A stretch of 64,000 bases of DNA, taken from assembly GCF_003018115.1 (NCBI RefSeq), contig NZ_CP027457.1; one strand, 5' to 3'. Below the pieces are notes generated by a model. It did not search any database and was not told the origin of the DNA. It was given only the letters and a program-made list of their open reading frames with translations. Position 1 is the first letter of the stretch. Each line of letters begins with the position of its first letter. Of the stretch, positions 19,966 through 30,484 are shown one piece after another. Origin of the DNA: Escherichia coli (GTDB lineage Bacteria > Pseudomonadota > Gammaproteobacteria > Enterobacterales > Enterobacteriaceae). Made by a program: the position numbers and the translations under genes.

Positions 19966-20064
19966 TTCTTCAGCTGGAGAAGGGACAGTTTGCTATACAT
20001 GTTGGTGAAAGAGGATTTATATACGTTCATCGGGTCGCTGCCGTACCAAGCCTTGTCCGAATCC

Positions 20065-20198
20065 GGACGTAAAAAAACCGACTTCGCGTCGGTTTTTTTA
20101 CTCTTCAGCCCAGAGTTGGTGGCTCTGGCTGGAGTGAGATAGCCATCATCTAACGCATCAATGCTAATACCATACTGAAACTATTGCAAGGACGTGCT
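20065..20198 (-). repeat. agrA: Tandem repeat copy 2; candidate agrA-type small RNA locus
   Basis: Near-identical to copy 1 over ~95 bp with a few substitutions, similar over ~135 bp; same hairpin ccgacttcgcgtcgg flanked by A7/T7. Confidence 0.45.
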
Positions 20199-20216
20199 GG
20201 TTCTATAACCTGCATG

Positions 20217-20236
20217 TACTGTATGATTATCCAGTT
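20217..20236 (+). promoter_or_regulatory. LexA (SOS) box tactgtatgattatccagtt, presumed dinQ promoter operator
   Basis: CTGT-N8-CCAG close to LexA consensus CTGT-N8-ACAG; dinQ is a known LexA-regulated gene of the arsR-gor region. Confidence 0.5.
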
Positions 20237-20311
20237 AGCTCTGAGGCATTTTCACTCTGGCAATGCGCTTGACATCCTCCACGCCCTAAAGGACGTGGAT
20301 TCCTGCTACGT

Positions 20312-21520
20312 TCAGGCTGTCGCCTGAATCATTTCGGTGGGTTCCTGCTTCAACGGGCGGCCTGACTGCACCATCCCTCCACAGGCAAGAACGGCGTGCC
20401 CCGCCGCTAAAATGTTACGAGCGCCGTTTACATCGGCGTTCGCTGTATATCCACATACCGGGCATCTGAATTGACTTTGTGACAGGCGATTTTCTTTCGC
20501 TGTATGACCACAGCACGCGCAACGCTGGCTTGTGTACGCTGGCGGAACAGCAAGCACCTGACCGCCACGCCAGAGCTGCTTGTACTCAAGCTGGCGGCGC
20601 ATTTCATACCAGCCCTGATCCAGTATCGAACGGTTTAAACCTGATTTTGCCCGGACATTGCGCCCCGGCAGGCTGACCGTACCCGATGCTGACTTTGACA
20701 TGTTGCTGACCTTCAAATCCTCAATGACTATCATTGCGTGGTTTTTGCTGACGGTCGTTGTGACTTTGTGAAGGTAGTCCCTGCGGATATTTGCGATACA
20801 GGAATGCAGTCGCTGTATTTTGCGTTTCTGCTTCTGCCAGTTGTTGCTGAATTTGACCTTGCGGCTTAACTGTCGCTGAAGTCTCGCCAGCTTCTTCTGG
20901 TTTTTCTGAAAACTGTTTACAGGCTCAAAGGCTGTGCCATCTGACAGCGTGGCGAGTTTAGCCACGCCAGCATCCAGCCCGACCATTGATGCTGAAGGGT
21001 GAACCGGAGTTGATACTTCACTTTCTGTCTGAATACTGATGTACCACTTACCGCAGGACTGGCTGACCGTGACATTTTTCACAACACCCGTGACCTGACG
21101 GCTATTCCGGTAGCGCATCCAGCCCAGTTTCGGCAGAAAAATACGGCTGTTTTCCTGATCGAGCTTAACGCCCTGCGGGTAGCGGAATGCATCATTCTGT
21201 CCCCGCTTTTTGAATCGGGGAAAAGCAGCCCGCTTCTGGAAGAAGTTTTTGTAAGCCCGCTCAAGGTCTTTCAGTGACTGTTGCAATGGCTGTGAGGGCG
21301 AATCTTTAAGCCATTGCGTTTCAGTGGCGTTTTTCCACTCAACCAGCCAGGAAGCCATTTTCCCGTAAGGGATGTATTTATTACCGGCCTCATGATTCTC
21401 ATTCTGACGTGCCAGAGCACGATTGAAAACGAAACGACATGCGCCTGCGAAGCGCCTCATTTCACGCTCCTGTTGACCACCGGGTCTTAACTGGAATTTA
21501 AATGCCTGTAGTCGTTTCAT
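20312..21520 (-). CDS. tnpB: IS605-family TnpB/OrfB, RuvC-like with C-terminal CxxC...CxxC zinc finger (402 aa from [10 protein letters not shown])
   Basis: [14 protein letters not shown]-terminus, C-terminal CACCGH...CPVCGY zinc finger typical of TnpB. Confidence 0.85.
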   Translation of the reverse strand: MKRLQAFKFQLRPGGQQEREMRRFAGACRFVFNRALARQNENHEAGNKYIPYGKMASWLVEWKNATETQWLKDSPSQPLQQSLKDLERAYKNFFQKRAAFPRFKKRGQNDAFRYPQGVKLDQENSRIFLPKLGWMRYRNSRQVTGVVKNVTVSQSCGKWYISIQTESEVSTPVHPSASMVGLDAGVAKLATLSDGTAFEPVNSFQKNQKKLARLQRQLSRKVKFSNNWQKQKRKIQRLHSCIANIRRDYLHKVTTTVSKNHAMIVIEDLKVSNMSKSASGTVSLPGRNVRAKSGLNRSILDQGWYEMRRQLEYKQLWRGGQVLAVPPAYTSQRCACCGHTAKENRLSQSQFRCPVCGYTANADVNGARNILAAGHAVLACGGMVQSGRPLKQEPTEMIQATA

Positions 21521-21542
21521 GGGCCAAATCATACTTTGGCCT

Positions 21543-21958
21543 ATGAAAAAAGAAACCGATATCCGACGCGGAAGGCATTGTGTTTTCCTGATGCATGTTC
21601 ACCTGGTCTTCGTTACTAAATACCGACGTCAGATTTTTGACTATGACGCGACAGAAAAACTACGCACTTACTTTTCAAATGTATGTGCTGATTTTGAAGC
21701 TGAACTGGTTGAAATGGATGGCGAACCAGATCACGTCCATTTGTTAATTAACTATCCTCCCAAACTGGCGATATCCAGTCTGGTAAACAGCCTCAAAGGC
21801 GTATCGGGTAGGTTACTGCGACGAGATCGACCAGATATTGCAGCCAGGTATTACTACAAAGCGTTTTGTGGAGTCCTGGCTATTTTGCCAGTAGCTGCGG
21901 TGGTGCACCAATATCCATCATCCGCCAATACATTGAACAACAGCAAACACCTGGTTAG
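21543..21958 (+). pseudogene. tnpA: IS200-type Y1 (HuH) transposase TnpA, apparently frameshifted before the catalytic-Tyr motif
   Basis: HVHLLI HuH motif in frame 0; conserved C-terminal SSCGGAPISIIRQYIEQQQTPG is encoded in the +2 frame after ...YYYK (shift near 21858-21863); the frame-0 ORF instead runs on to 22046. Confidence 0.6.
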
Positions 21959-22015
21959 GTGGAAAACCGCACCTTATATCCCCGCCCTGAATGAACGGGG
22001 TTTTACGGCGCACCG

Positions 22016-22093
22016 GATAAAGCAATCATCGTTCTTGGGGCGTTAATTGCGCTGCTGGAACTGATCCGCTTTCTGCTTCAGCTTCTGAACTGA
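22016..22093 (+). pseudogene. dinQ: DinQ-like type I toxin peptide ORF (DKAIIVLGALIALLELIRFLLQLLN), lacking an in-frame start codon
   Basis: Translation matches the remembered 27 aa DinQ peptide from residue 3; in-frame upstream codons back to the stop at 21992-21994 contain no ATG/GTG/TTG. Confidence 0.45.
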
Positions 22094-22109
22094 TAGCGGA
22101 AACGTAATT

Positions 22110-22140
22110 AAGGGCTAAGAGCACACTACTCTTAGCCCTT
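22110..22140. terminator. Perfect 12 bp stem hairpin (aagggctaagag/ctcttagccctt) between dinQ ORF and the gor stop; bidirectional terminator candidate
   Basis: Inverted repeat read from sequence, 7 bp downstream of the gor stop codon. Confidence 0.5.
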
Positions 22141-22146
22141 TAACAT

Positions 22147-23499
22147 TTAACGCATTGTCACAAACTCTTCTGCCGCCGTTGGGTGAATGGCGACGGTATT
22201 GTCGAAGTCTTTTTTGGTTGCGCCCATCTTCAGCGCCACCGCGAAGCCCTGCAACATTTCGTCCATACCAAAGCCAATGCCGTGAATACCGACAATCTTC
22301 TCTTCCGGTCCAACGCACACCAGCTTCATGCGGCACGGCTGGCGGTGAGTGGTGACGGCGGTATACATCGCGGTGAAAGAGGATTTATACACTTTCACCT
22401 GATCGTCGCCGTACTGCTCGCGCGCCTGCGGTTCCGTTAAACCAACAGTACCAATCGGCGGATGGCTGAAGACCACGGTCGGAATGTTGCTGTAATCCAG
22501 ATGCTCATCCGGCTTGTTATTAAATAGGCGTTCAGAGAGGCGGCGACCCGCTGCAACTGCCACCGGTGTCAGTTCTACTGCACCCGTGTTATCGCCCACC
22601 GCGTAAATACCTTCAATATTGGTGTTTTGATATTTATCGACGACGATATAGCCTTTTTCGTTAGTTTTAACGCCAGCGGCTTCCAGGTTGATGTTGTCAT
22701 TGGCAGGCTCGCGACCAATCGCCCAAATCAGGCAATCCACCGTTTCACTGCGACCATCTTCCAGCTCCAGCGTCAGGCTGCCATCGGCATTTTTCACTAC
22801 CGCTTTCGGGATGGCGTTGGTGTGCAACTGCGGACCTTCGGCGTTCATCACTTCGACCAGCGTTTCAGAGATCATCGGGTCGAAGCTGCGCAGCGGCGCA
22901 TGTTTACGCACAAACAGATGCGTTTTCGCGCCGAGGCCGTTAATCACGCCAGCCAGCTCAACGGCGATGTAACCCGCGCCAACAACCGCCACGCGCTCTG
23001 GCAAAGCAGGAAGGGCGAAGAAGCCATCAGAATCAATACCGTATTCCACGCCCGGAATATCCGGGTGGCTCGGACGACCGCCGGTGGCGATCAGAATATG
23101 ATCGGCCGTGATGGTTTCACCGTTAACTTCCAGCGTTTTGGCATCAACGAAGCGGGCAAAACCTTTGATTACATCAACGTTATTTTTACCGAGCACGTTT
23201 TCATAGGAAGTATGAATACGGTCGATATAGGCGGTACGGCTGGCGATCAACGTTTCCCAGTTGAATTTATTGATAGTGGTATCGAAACCATAATCCGGAC
23301 CGTACATGTGGATCGCTTCACGGATTTGCGCCGCGTGCCACATCACTTTCTTCGGTACGCAGCCGACGTTCACGCAGGTGCCGCCCAGCTCTTTGGCTTC
23401 AATCAGTGCGCATTTCTGGCCGTACATAGCCGCGCGGTTGATGGAGGCGATACCGCCGCTGCCGCCGCCGATGGCGATGTAATCATAGTGTTTAGTCAT
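22147..23499 (-). CDS. gor: Glutathione reductase (450 aa)
   Basis: [19 protein letters not shown] motif, redox-active CVNVGC, full Gor sequence. Confidence 0.95.
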   Translation of the reverse strand: MTKHYDYIAIGGGSGGIASINRAAMYGQKCALIEAKELGGTCVNVGCVPKKVMWHAAQIREAIHMYGPDYGFDTTINKFNWETLIASRTAYIDRIHTSYENVLGKNNVDVIKGFARFVDAKTLEVNGETITADHILIATGGRPSHPDIPGVEYGIDSDGFFALPALPERVAVVGAGYIAVELAGVINGLGAKTHLFVRKHAPLRSFDPMISETLVEVMNAEGPQLHTNAIPKAVVKNADGSLTLELEDGRSETVDCLIWAIGREPANDNINLEAAGVKTNEKGYIVVDKYQNTNIEGIYAVGDNTGAVELTPVAVAAGRRLSERLFNNKPDEHLDYSNIPTVVFSHPPIGTVGLTEPQAREQYGDDQVKVYKSSFTAMYTAVTTHRQPCRMKLVCVGPEEKIVGIHGIGFGMDEMLQGFAVALKMGATKKDFDNTVAIHPTAAEEFVTMR

Positions 23500-23570
23500 G
23501 ACAGAGTGTCCTTATCGTTGATTACCGCGATTGTAGCGCGAGACGTAATAGGTGCCAGCAATGGCTGCAA

Positions 23571-24413
23571 TTACTCCGGCACGATCCAGCTTACGGTGGC
23601 GTGCCCGGTGCCTGCCGGAACCAGTTTGCTGTGCAGCCACGGCAGCACGTTATTCATCTGTTGTTCCAGCTTCCACGGCGGGTTAATCACAATCATGCCG
23701 GAAGCGGTCATGCCACGGCGATCGCTGTCTGGCAATACCGCCAGTTCAATTTGCAGAATTTTGCGAATGCCGGTCGCTTCCAGGTCGTGGATCATGCGCT
23801 TGATTTGCTGACGCAGCACCACCGGATACCACAATGCGTAAGTGCCCGTGGCGAAACGTTTGTAACCTTCTGCTATCCCACTGACTACCGCCTGATAGTC
23901 GGTTTTCATTTCATACGGCGGATCGATAAGGATTAAACCACGGCGAGAAACCGGCGGCAGTTTGGCCTTAAGCTGCTGGAAACCGTCGGCTTTTTCCACG
24001 CGCGCACGGCTGTCTTTCTGAAATTCAGAACGCAGCAACGGGTAATCGCTCGGGTGCAGTTCGGTCAGTTGCAGACTGTCCTGCTCGCGCAGTAGCTGGC
24101 GAGCAATCAACGGCGAACCGGGGTAGTAACGCAACTGACCGCTACGGTTGAAGTGTTTTACCACATTGATGTACGCCTCCAGCTCCGCAGGCAAATCGTC
24201 CTGCTGCCAGATACGGGCGATACCTTCGAGATATTCGCCGGTACGCTCGGCATGTTCGCTACCTAACTGATAACGCCCGGCCCCTGCGTGGGTGTCGAGA
24301 TAGAGAAACGGTTTATCTTTCTCTTTCAGCGACTCGATGATCAGGCTCTGAACGGTATGTTTAAGGACGTCGGCGTGGTTGCCAGCGTGAAAGCTGTGGC
24401 GATAACTGAGCAT
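23571..24413 (-). CDS. rlmJ: 23S rRNA (adenine2030-N6)-methyltransferase RlmJ (280 aa; start at MLSYRHSFHAG)
   Basis: Matches RlmJ/YhiR; track ORF has a 17 aa upstream extension. Confidence 0.85.
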   Translation of the reverse strand: MLSYRHSFHAGNHADVLKHTVQSLIIESLKEKDKPFLYLDTHAGAGRYQLGSEHAERTGEYLEGIARIWQQDDLPAELEAYINVVKHFNRSGQLRYYPGSPLIARQLLREQDSLQLTELHPSDYPLLRSEFQKDSRARVEKADGFQQLKAKLPPVSRRGLILIDPPYEMKTDYQAVVSGIAEGYKRFATGTYALWYPVVLRQQIKRMIHDLEATGIRKILQIELAVLPDSDRRGMTASGMIVINPPWKLEQQMNNVLPWLHSKLVPAGTGHATVSWIVPE

Positions 24414-24615
24414 GGGTAAAGGTGTTCCGGTAAGTAAAAATCGGCCCGTATTCGGGGCGCACAAAAGCCTATCAGGACAGTATACCGAAAAGAGGCCGCC
24501 GCCGCGAAAGCGTAACGTTTCTCATTGAAATTCACTACACTTAACCCCATGCTACACACATTATGTAAAGCGCCTGTTGAGCGCTTCCTTAACCTCTTTA
24601 ACCAGGACTGCGCTA

Positions 24616-26658
24616 ATGACGAATCCGTTACTGACTCCCTTTGAATTGCCTCCGTTTTCTAAAATTCTCCCGGAACATGTCGTTCCAGCCGTGACTCAGG
24701 CGCTGAACGACTGCCGGGAAAATGTGGAGCGCGTAGTAGCGCAAGGGGCACCGTACACCTGGGAAAATCTCTGCCAGCCGCTGGCGGAAGTGAACGATGT
24801 GCTGGGGCGTATCTTCTCCCCGGTCAGCCACCTGAACTCGGTGAAAAATAGCCCGGAACTGCGTGAAGCGTACGAACAGACCTTGCCGCTGCTGTCGGAA
24901 TACAACACCTGGGTAGGGCAACATGAAGGGCTGTATAAAGCGTATCGCGACCTGCGCGATGGCGATCATTACGCCACGCTGAACACAGCTCAGAAAAAAG
25001 CGGTTGATAACGCCCTGCGTGATTTTGAACTCTCTGGCATAGGTCTGCCGAAAGAGAAACAACAGCGCTACGGTGAGATTGCGACCCGTCTTTCCGAGTT
25101 GGGCAACCAGTACAGCAACAACGTCCTCGATGCGACGATGGGCTGGACCAAACTCGTCACCGACGAAGCGGAACTGGCGGGGATGCCAGAAAGCGCGCTG
25201 GCTGCGGCAAAAGCCCAGGCCGAAGCGAAAGAGCTGGAAGGTTATTTGCTGACGCTGGATATTCCAAGCTACCTGCCGGTAATGACCTACTGCGACAACC
25301 AGGCTCTGCGTGAAGAGATGTATCGCGCTTACAGCACCCGCGCCTCCGATCAAGGCCCGAACGCCGGTAAATGGGACAACAGCAAGGTGATGGAAGAGAT
25401 CCTCGCTCTGCGTCACGAACTGGCGCAACTGCTGGGTTTTGAAAACTACGCCCTCAAATCGCTCGCCACTAAAATGGCAGAAAACCCGCAGCAGGTGCTT
25501 GATTTCTTAACCGATCTGGCAAAACGCGCGCGTCCGCAAGGTGAAAAAGAGCTGGCGCAACTGCGTGCCTTCGCTAAAGCCGAATTTGGCGTCGATGAGT
25601 TGCAGCCGTGGGATATCGCGTACTACAGCGAAAAACAAAAACAGCACCTCTACAGCATCAGTGACGAACAGCTGCGTCCGTACTTCCCGGAAAACAAAGC
25701 GGTTAACGGCCTGTTTGAAGTGGTGAAACGTATTTACGGCATCACCGCTAAAGAGCGTAAAGATGTTGATGTCTGGCACCCGGATGTACGTTTCTTCGAA
25801 CTGTATGACGAGAACAACGAACTGCGCGGTAGCTTCTACCTCGACCTGTATGCCCGTGAAAACAAGCGCGGCGGGGCGTGGATGGATGACTGCGTAGGCC
25901 AGATGCGCAAAGCTGACGGTTCTCTGCAAAAACCGGTCGCGTATCTGACCTGTAACTTTAACCGCCCGGTAAATGGTAAACCGGCGCTGTTTACCCATGA
26001 CGAAGTGATCACCCTGTTCCACGAGTTCGGTCATGGTCTGCATCATATGCTGACCCGCATCGAAACCGCCGGTGTATCCGGGATCAGTGGGGTGCCGTGG
26101 GATGCGGTCGAACTGCCGAGTCAGTTTATGGAAAACTGGTGCTGGGAGCCTGAGGCGCTGGCGTTTATCTCTGGTCACTACGAAACCGGCGAACCGCTGC
26201 CGAAAGAGTTGCTGGATAAAATGCTGGCGGCGAAGAACTACCAGGCGGCGCTGTTTATTCTGCGCCAGCTGGAGTTCGGCCTGTTCGATTTCCGCCTCCA
26301 TGCCGAGTTCCGCCCGGATCAGGGAGCGAAAATCCTCGAAACTCTGGCAGAAATCAAGAAACTGGTTGCCGTAGTACCGTCTCCATCCTGGGGCCGTTTC
26401 CCGCACGCTTTCAGCCATATTTTCGCCGGTGGTTATGCGGCAGGTTACTACAGCTACCTGTGGGCTGACGTACTGGCGGCAGATGCTTTCTCGCGCTTTG
26501 AGGAAGAGGGCATTTTCAACCGTGAAACCGGGCAGTCGTTCCTCGACAACATTCTGAGCCGTGGCGGTTCAGAAGAGCCGATGGATCTGTTCAAACGCTT
26601 CCGTGGTCGTGAACCGCAACTGGATGCGATGCTGGAGCATTACGGTATTAAGGGCTGA
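24616..26658 (+). CDS. prlC: Oligopeptidase A (680 aa; start at [10 protein letters not shown])
   Basis: M3 peptidase HEFGH zinc motif; OpdA sequence. Confidence 0.9.
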   Translation: MTNPLLTPFELPPFSKILPEHVVPAVTQALNDCRENVERVVAQGAPYTWENLCQPLAEVNDVLGRIFSPVSHLNSVKNSPELREAYEQTLPLLSEYNTWVGQHEGLYKAYRDLRDGDHYATLNTAQKKAVDNALRDFELSGIGLPKEKQQRYGEIATRLSELGNQYSNNVLDATMGWTKLVTDEAELAGMPESALAAAKAQAEAKELEGYLLTLDIPSYLPVMTYCDNQALREEMYRAYSTRASDQGPNAGKWDNSKVMEEILALRHELAQLLGFENYALKSLATKMAENPQQVLDFLTDLAKRARPQGEKELAQLRAFAKAEFGVDELQPWDIAYYSEKQKQHLYSISDEQLRPYFPENKAVNGLFEVVKRIYGITAKERKDVDVWHPDVRFFELYDENNELRGSFYLDLYARENKRGGAWMDDCVGQMRKADGSLQKPVAYLTCNFNRPVNGKPALFTHDEVITLFHEFGHGLHHMLTRIETAGVSGISGVPWDAVELPSQFMENWCWEPEALAFISGHYETGEPLPKELLDKMLAAKNYQAALFILRQLEFGLFDFRLHAEFRPDQGAKILETLAEIKKLVAVVPSPSWGRFPHAFSHIFAGGYAAGYYSYLWADVLAADAFSRFEEEGIFNRETGQSFLDNILSRGGSEEPMDLFKRFRGREPQLDAMLEHYGIKG

Positions 26659-26665
26659 TCATTCA

Positions 26666-27418
26666 GTGAAAATCTGCTTAATTGATGAAACAGGCACCGG
26701 AGACGGTGCCTTATCTGTTCTGGCGGCTCGCTGGGGGCTGGAACATGATGAAGACAACCTGATGGCGCTGGTATTAACGCCGGAACATCTGGAATTGCGC
26801 AAGCGTGATGAGCCAAAACTTGGCGGCATCTTTGTTGATTTTGTTGGCGGAGCGATGGCGCATCGTCGCAAATTCGGCGGTGGTCGTGGTGAGGCGGTGG
26901 CGAAAGCGGTGGGCATTAAAGGCGATTATTTGCCGGATGTGGTGGACGCTACCGCAGGGCTGGGGCGCGATGCCTTTGTGCTGGCTTCGGTCGGCTGCCG
27001 CGTGCGGATGCTGGAGCGTAATCCAGTCGTTGCCGCGCTACTCGACGACGGCCTGGCGCGTGGATATGCGGATGCGGAAATCGGCGGCTGGTTGCAGGAG
27101 CGTTTGCAGTTAATTCACGCCTCCAGCCTGACGGCGCTGACCGATATTACTCCGCGCCCGCAGGTGGTCTATCTCGACCCGATGTTCCCGCATAAGCAGA
27201 AAAGCGCGCTGGTGAAAAAAGAGATGCGCGTGTTTCAGTCGCTGGTGGGACCGGATCTTGATGCCGATGGATTACTGGAGCCTGCACGCTTGCTGGCGAC
27301 CAAACGCGTGGTGGTAAAGCGCCCGGACTACGCGCCACCGCTGGCGAATGTCGCCACGCCAAACGCGGTAGTCACTAAAGGGCATAGGTTTGATATTTAT
27401 GCCGGAACGCCAGTGTAA
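26666..27418 (+). CDS. rsmJ: 16S rRNA m2G1516 methyltransferase RsmJ (250 aa; GTG start at [10 protein letters not shown])
   Basis: Sequence matches RsmJ/YhiQ from (M)[13 protein letters not shown]; the longer ATG ORF overlaps the prlC 3' end out of frame. Confidence 0.8.
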   Translation: MKICLIDETGTGDGALSVLAARWGLEHDEDNLMALVLTPEHLELRKRDEPKLGGIFVDFVGGAMAHRRKFGGGRGEAVAKAVGIKGDYLPDVVDATAGLGRDAFVLASVGCRVRMLERNPVVAALLDDGLARGYADAEIGGWLQERLQLIHASSLTALTDITPRPQVVYLDPMFPHKQKSALVKKEMRVFQSLVGPDLDADGLLEPARLLATKRVVVKRPDYAPPLANVATPNAVVTKGHRFDIYAGTPV

Positions 27419-27424
27419 AAGTAA

Positions 27425-27456
27425 AGCAGGGTAGCGTTATCGCTACCCTGCTTTCT
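27425..27456. terminator. Bidirectional terminator hairpin between convergent rsmJ and dtpB (agcagggtagcg/cgctaccctgct)
   Basis: 12 bp perfect stem with 4 nt loop read from sequence. Confidence 0.5.
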
Positions 27457-27466
27457 GCAAGAATAA

Positions 27467-28936
27467 TTAATGGCTTTCCGGCGTCGCAATCATGCGTTTC
27501 AGCCACGGCACCATCAACAGCATCACTACTGCAACGCCCAGTGTGACCAGACCAATCTTACCAAACACGTTGGTATAGACAGGCAACGTCTCAAGCGGAT
27601 CGGTAATGTTGTCTGGTACTGCGGTAAATGTTGCCACATAGCCGCCCAGCAAGAACGCGGCAGCCTGCGTCAGGAACCACATCCCGAGAATAAAGCCCAT
27701 CAAATGTTGCGGCACCAGAGCGGCAACCATCGCCAGACCCAGGGCGCTAATAAACAGTTCACCCAGGCTCTGGAACAAGTAAACCAGCACGATAAACCAC
27801 GGCGATGTCAGTCCTTGTGCATCAGCAAACCACATTCCCGCAGCTGCCGCCGTCAAAAAGCCCAGTGAGCACATAAACATGCCGAGAGTAAATTTCATCG
27901 GCATCGAGAGGTCTTTGCCTTTGTTACCCAGATGCGTGTAAATGCCTGCCAGTATTGGGCTGGCGAGTACCACCCAGAACGGGTTAAGCGCCTGGAAGCT
28001 GACCGGGTTGATGGAAAAACCGAGAATTTCATGATGCACGTTGTTGATGGCAAAGAAGTTCAGCGATGTTGGCATCTGGGCGTAGAGAATGTAAAACACC
28101 ACCGCTTCGAGCATCAGGACAAAGGCGACAAACATTTTATTGCGCCCGGTTTTATCCAGCTTGAATGCCTGACGAAAGAAGATGATGGTGACGACGATGG
28201 AGAGAACAATCAGCACCAGATTGGCGACTTCTACGTTGTGCATCAGCCAGGCGCAGACGAAGATCATCACTACGCTGCCAAGTAATACGTACAACAGTTT
28301 GCTGAAGCTCATTGGCCGGAAGTCGGGCTCAGAACCAATGTCTTTCACCATTCCACGACAGGCGATGTAAACCAGTAATGCGATAATTAACCCCGCCCCG
28401 CACAGGTTGTAGGTGACAGAATAACCGAATCTATCAGCGATCACAGGGGCCAGCGATAACGCTATCAACGAGCCGATGTTGATCGACATATAGAACAGGG
28501 TGAATGCGCCATCAAGGCGCGGATCTTTCGGCGGATAGCACTTCGAAAGCAAGCTGGCTGGGTTAGCTTTAAACAGGCCGTTACCGACAGCGATAGTCCC
28601 CAGGGCAATGAAAATCAGGTCAGGCTTAAGTAGCGACATGCCAGTCATGAAGTAGCCAATCGCCAGCACAAGTGCTCCGAGGACAATGGTGCGTTTGGTC
28701 CCCAGCAGGTGGTCGCCGACATAGCCGCCAATGGAAATGAGGCCATAGACCAGCGCAGCAAAAGCACCAAAAGTGACAAAAGCCTGTTCTTGCGAGAATC
28801 CAAGCTGCTTAACGAAGAAAACCGCCAGTACGCCCTGCACGCCGTAGTAGCCGAATCGCTCCCATAACTCGACAAAAAAGATCATGAAAAATGGGCGAGG
28901 TTGCTGCAGCATCCCCATGGGTGTTGTTGTATTCAT
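27467..28936 (-). CDS. dtpB: Proton-dependent di/tripeptide permease DtpB (489 aa)
   Basis: POT-family MFS transporter, matches DtpB/YhiP. Confidence 0.9.
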   Translation of the reverse strand: MNTTTPMGMLQQPRPFFMIFFVELWERFGYYGVQGVLAVFFVKQLGFSQEQAFVTFGAFAALVYGLISIGGYVGDHLLGTKRTIVLGALVLAIGYFMTGMSLLKPDLIFIALGTIAVGNGLFKANPASLLSKCYPPKDPRLDGAFTLFYMSINIGSLIALSLAPVIADRFGYSVTYNLCGAGLIIALLVYIACRGMVKDIGSEPDFRPMSFSKLLYVLLGSVVMIFVCAWLMHNVEVANLVLIVLSIVVTIIFFRQAFKLDKTGRNKMFVAFVLMLEAVVFYILYAQMPTSLNFFAINNVHHEILGFSINPVSFQALNPFWVVLASPILAGIYTHLGNKGKDLSMPMKFTLGMFMCSLGFLTAAAAGMWFADAQGLTSPWFIVLVYLFQSLGELFISALGLAMVAALVPQHLMGFILGMWFLTQAAAFLLGGYVATFTAVPDNITDPLETLPVYTNVFGKIGLVTLGVAVVMLLMVPWLKRMIATPESH

Positions 28937-29150
28937 ATTTATTAACCTTCCAATACCATCCTGAAAAGTATGAACGCGTAAGGGATAACGCGCGAAAAAG
29001 TTTACATCTGTCAGAGATTCTTAATATTGATGCGGTGAATAGATTAATACACTATTACAACAGAAAATAACCAGCTGATCACACTAATGATGGAAAATAT
29101 GATGGTGTTAAATATTGTATTGGCTGGGGATTTTGATTGCGTGCGCAGAT

Positions 29151-29184
29151 CGTAGGCCTGATAAGGTGTTTACGCTGCATCAGG
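29151..29184. repeat. REP-like palindromic element (cgtaggcctgataag...catcagg)
   Basis: Resembles enterobacterial REP consensus (GCCTGATAAG...CATCAGGC). Confidence 0.4.
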
Positions 29185-29199
29185 TAACAAGGCGCGCCA

Positions 29200-29227
29200 A
29201 AAAGCAAAACGCCCGCATATGCGGGCG
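29200..29227 (-). terminator. uspA rho-independent terminator (cgcccgcat/atgcgggcg stem with T-run on the minus strand)
   Basis: Hairpin plus A-run on plus strand immediately 3' of uspA. Confidence 0.5.
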
Positions 29228-29253
29228 TTCAGGAACACGTCGTGGAGGGAAGA

Positions 29254-29688
29254 TTATTCTTCTTCGTCGCGCAGCGGAACAATCAGCATATCAACGTGAA
29301 CGGTGTTGATCAGCTGACGTGCGGAAGACATCAGTTTGCTCCAGAAGTCCTGGTGGTGACCACAAACCACCAGATCCATATCGTATTTCTTGATTGCATC
29401 GACCAGAACCTGGCCCAGGTCGCCGCTGCCGCTCAGGGTTTCAGTGATTGGGTAGCCTGCATTAGTGGAAAGCTCGGTCAGCGCATGATGTGTCTCTTCA
29501 GAGATGCGTTTCTGCATATCACCAAGATTCACATCAATAAGCCCGGTATATAGGTCAGAGTAGTTTACATCTACGTGGATCAGAGAAACTTTCGCATTGT
29601 ATGGGCGAGCCATAGAGACTGCTTTCTCTACCAGAACTTTGCTTTCCGGGGAGAGATCGACCGCGATGAGAATGTGTTTATAAGCCAT
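29254..29688 (-). CDS. uspA: Universal stress protein A (144 aa)
   Basis: [19 protein letters not shown], UspA sequence. Confidence 0.95.
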
Positions 29689-30078
29689 AGTGTTACTCCT
29701 TCCATAAAGTTGTCGATGACTGGCCAGCTAGCGTTTCTTGTGCCGTTACGTCACCCGCGTCCTGCGAACTACGTGCGCGGGGCTAACCCAGCCGTAAAGA
29801 TTCAGTGTTAAGACCATCCTTACCTTATAGCGACCCGGATGATCCGTCAATCCGCCTTGCTTACCCGTTAGATAAACAAATTTTCGACATGAATATATTG
29901 ATAGTGGTTAACCTTCTGGAAAAAAAACAACCTGATCTCCTACACTATCTATAGAGCCGCTCGGATGTTGGTCACCACAAAAGCGGTTTCTCCAGGACCT
30001 GGTGTTAACTGATTGGCAGCGTATCGGGAGCGGTAGCCCCGGGGTGGAACTCCGCGGGCAGGTCGCCGGGGAGGAGGT

Positions 30079-30414
30079 ATGATAAGCACCGTCGCATTAT
30101 TTTGGGCTTTATGTGTCGTTTGCATTGTTAACATGGCGCGCTATTTCTCATCACTACGCGCGTTGTTAGTGGTACTGCGTAACTGCGATCCATTGCTCTA
30201 TCAATATGTTGATGGAGGGGGCTTTTTTACCTCACATGGCCAACCCAACAAACAGGTGCGTCTCGTTTGGTATATCTATGCCCAACGTTATCGCGATCAT
30301 CACGATGATGAGTTTATTCGCCGCTGTGAGCGGGTGCGTCGGCAGTTTATTCTGACCAGCGCATTGTGTGGTCTGGTGGTGGTCAGCCTGATTGCATTGA
30401 TGATTTGGCATTAA
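30079..30414 (+). CDS. uspB: Universal stress protein B (111 aa)
   Basis: Two-TM 111 aa protein divergent from uspA; UspB sequence. Confidence 0.9.
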
Positions 30415-30484
30415 GCACTTCAGCAATAATAACGCATAAAAAAAGCGGGCCAGTAAACTGACCCGCTCGTTTTGGTGCGTACGA

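Larger units (their letters stand above)
20260..22012. mobile_element. IS200/IS605-family insertion sequence (divergent tnpB and tnpA), boundaries approximate
   Basis: TnpB (OrfB) and Y1 HuH transposase ORFs with subterminal hairpins (tccacg...cgtgga near 20285-20306; ccccg...cgggg near 21981-22000); K-12 (from memory) has no IS between arsR and gor. Confidence 0.7.

Noticed and set aside
22627-23811. 394 aa plus-strand ORF
   Set aside because: Lies entirely antisense to gor, a conserved gene with clear motifs; the translation is low-complexity and Arg/Ala-rich as expected for a GC-rich antisense frame, with no Shine-Dalgarno.
24628-26418. Minus-strand ORFs of 266 and 303 aa
   Set aside because: Antisense to prlC; Arg/Gln/Phe-rich spurious frames typical of antisense reading.
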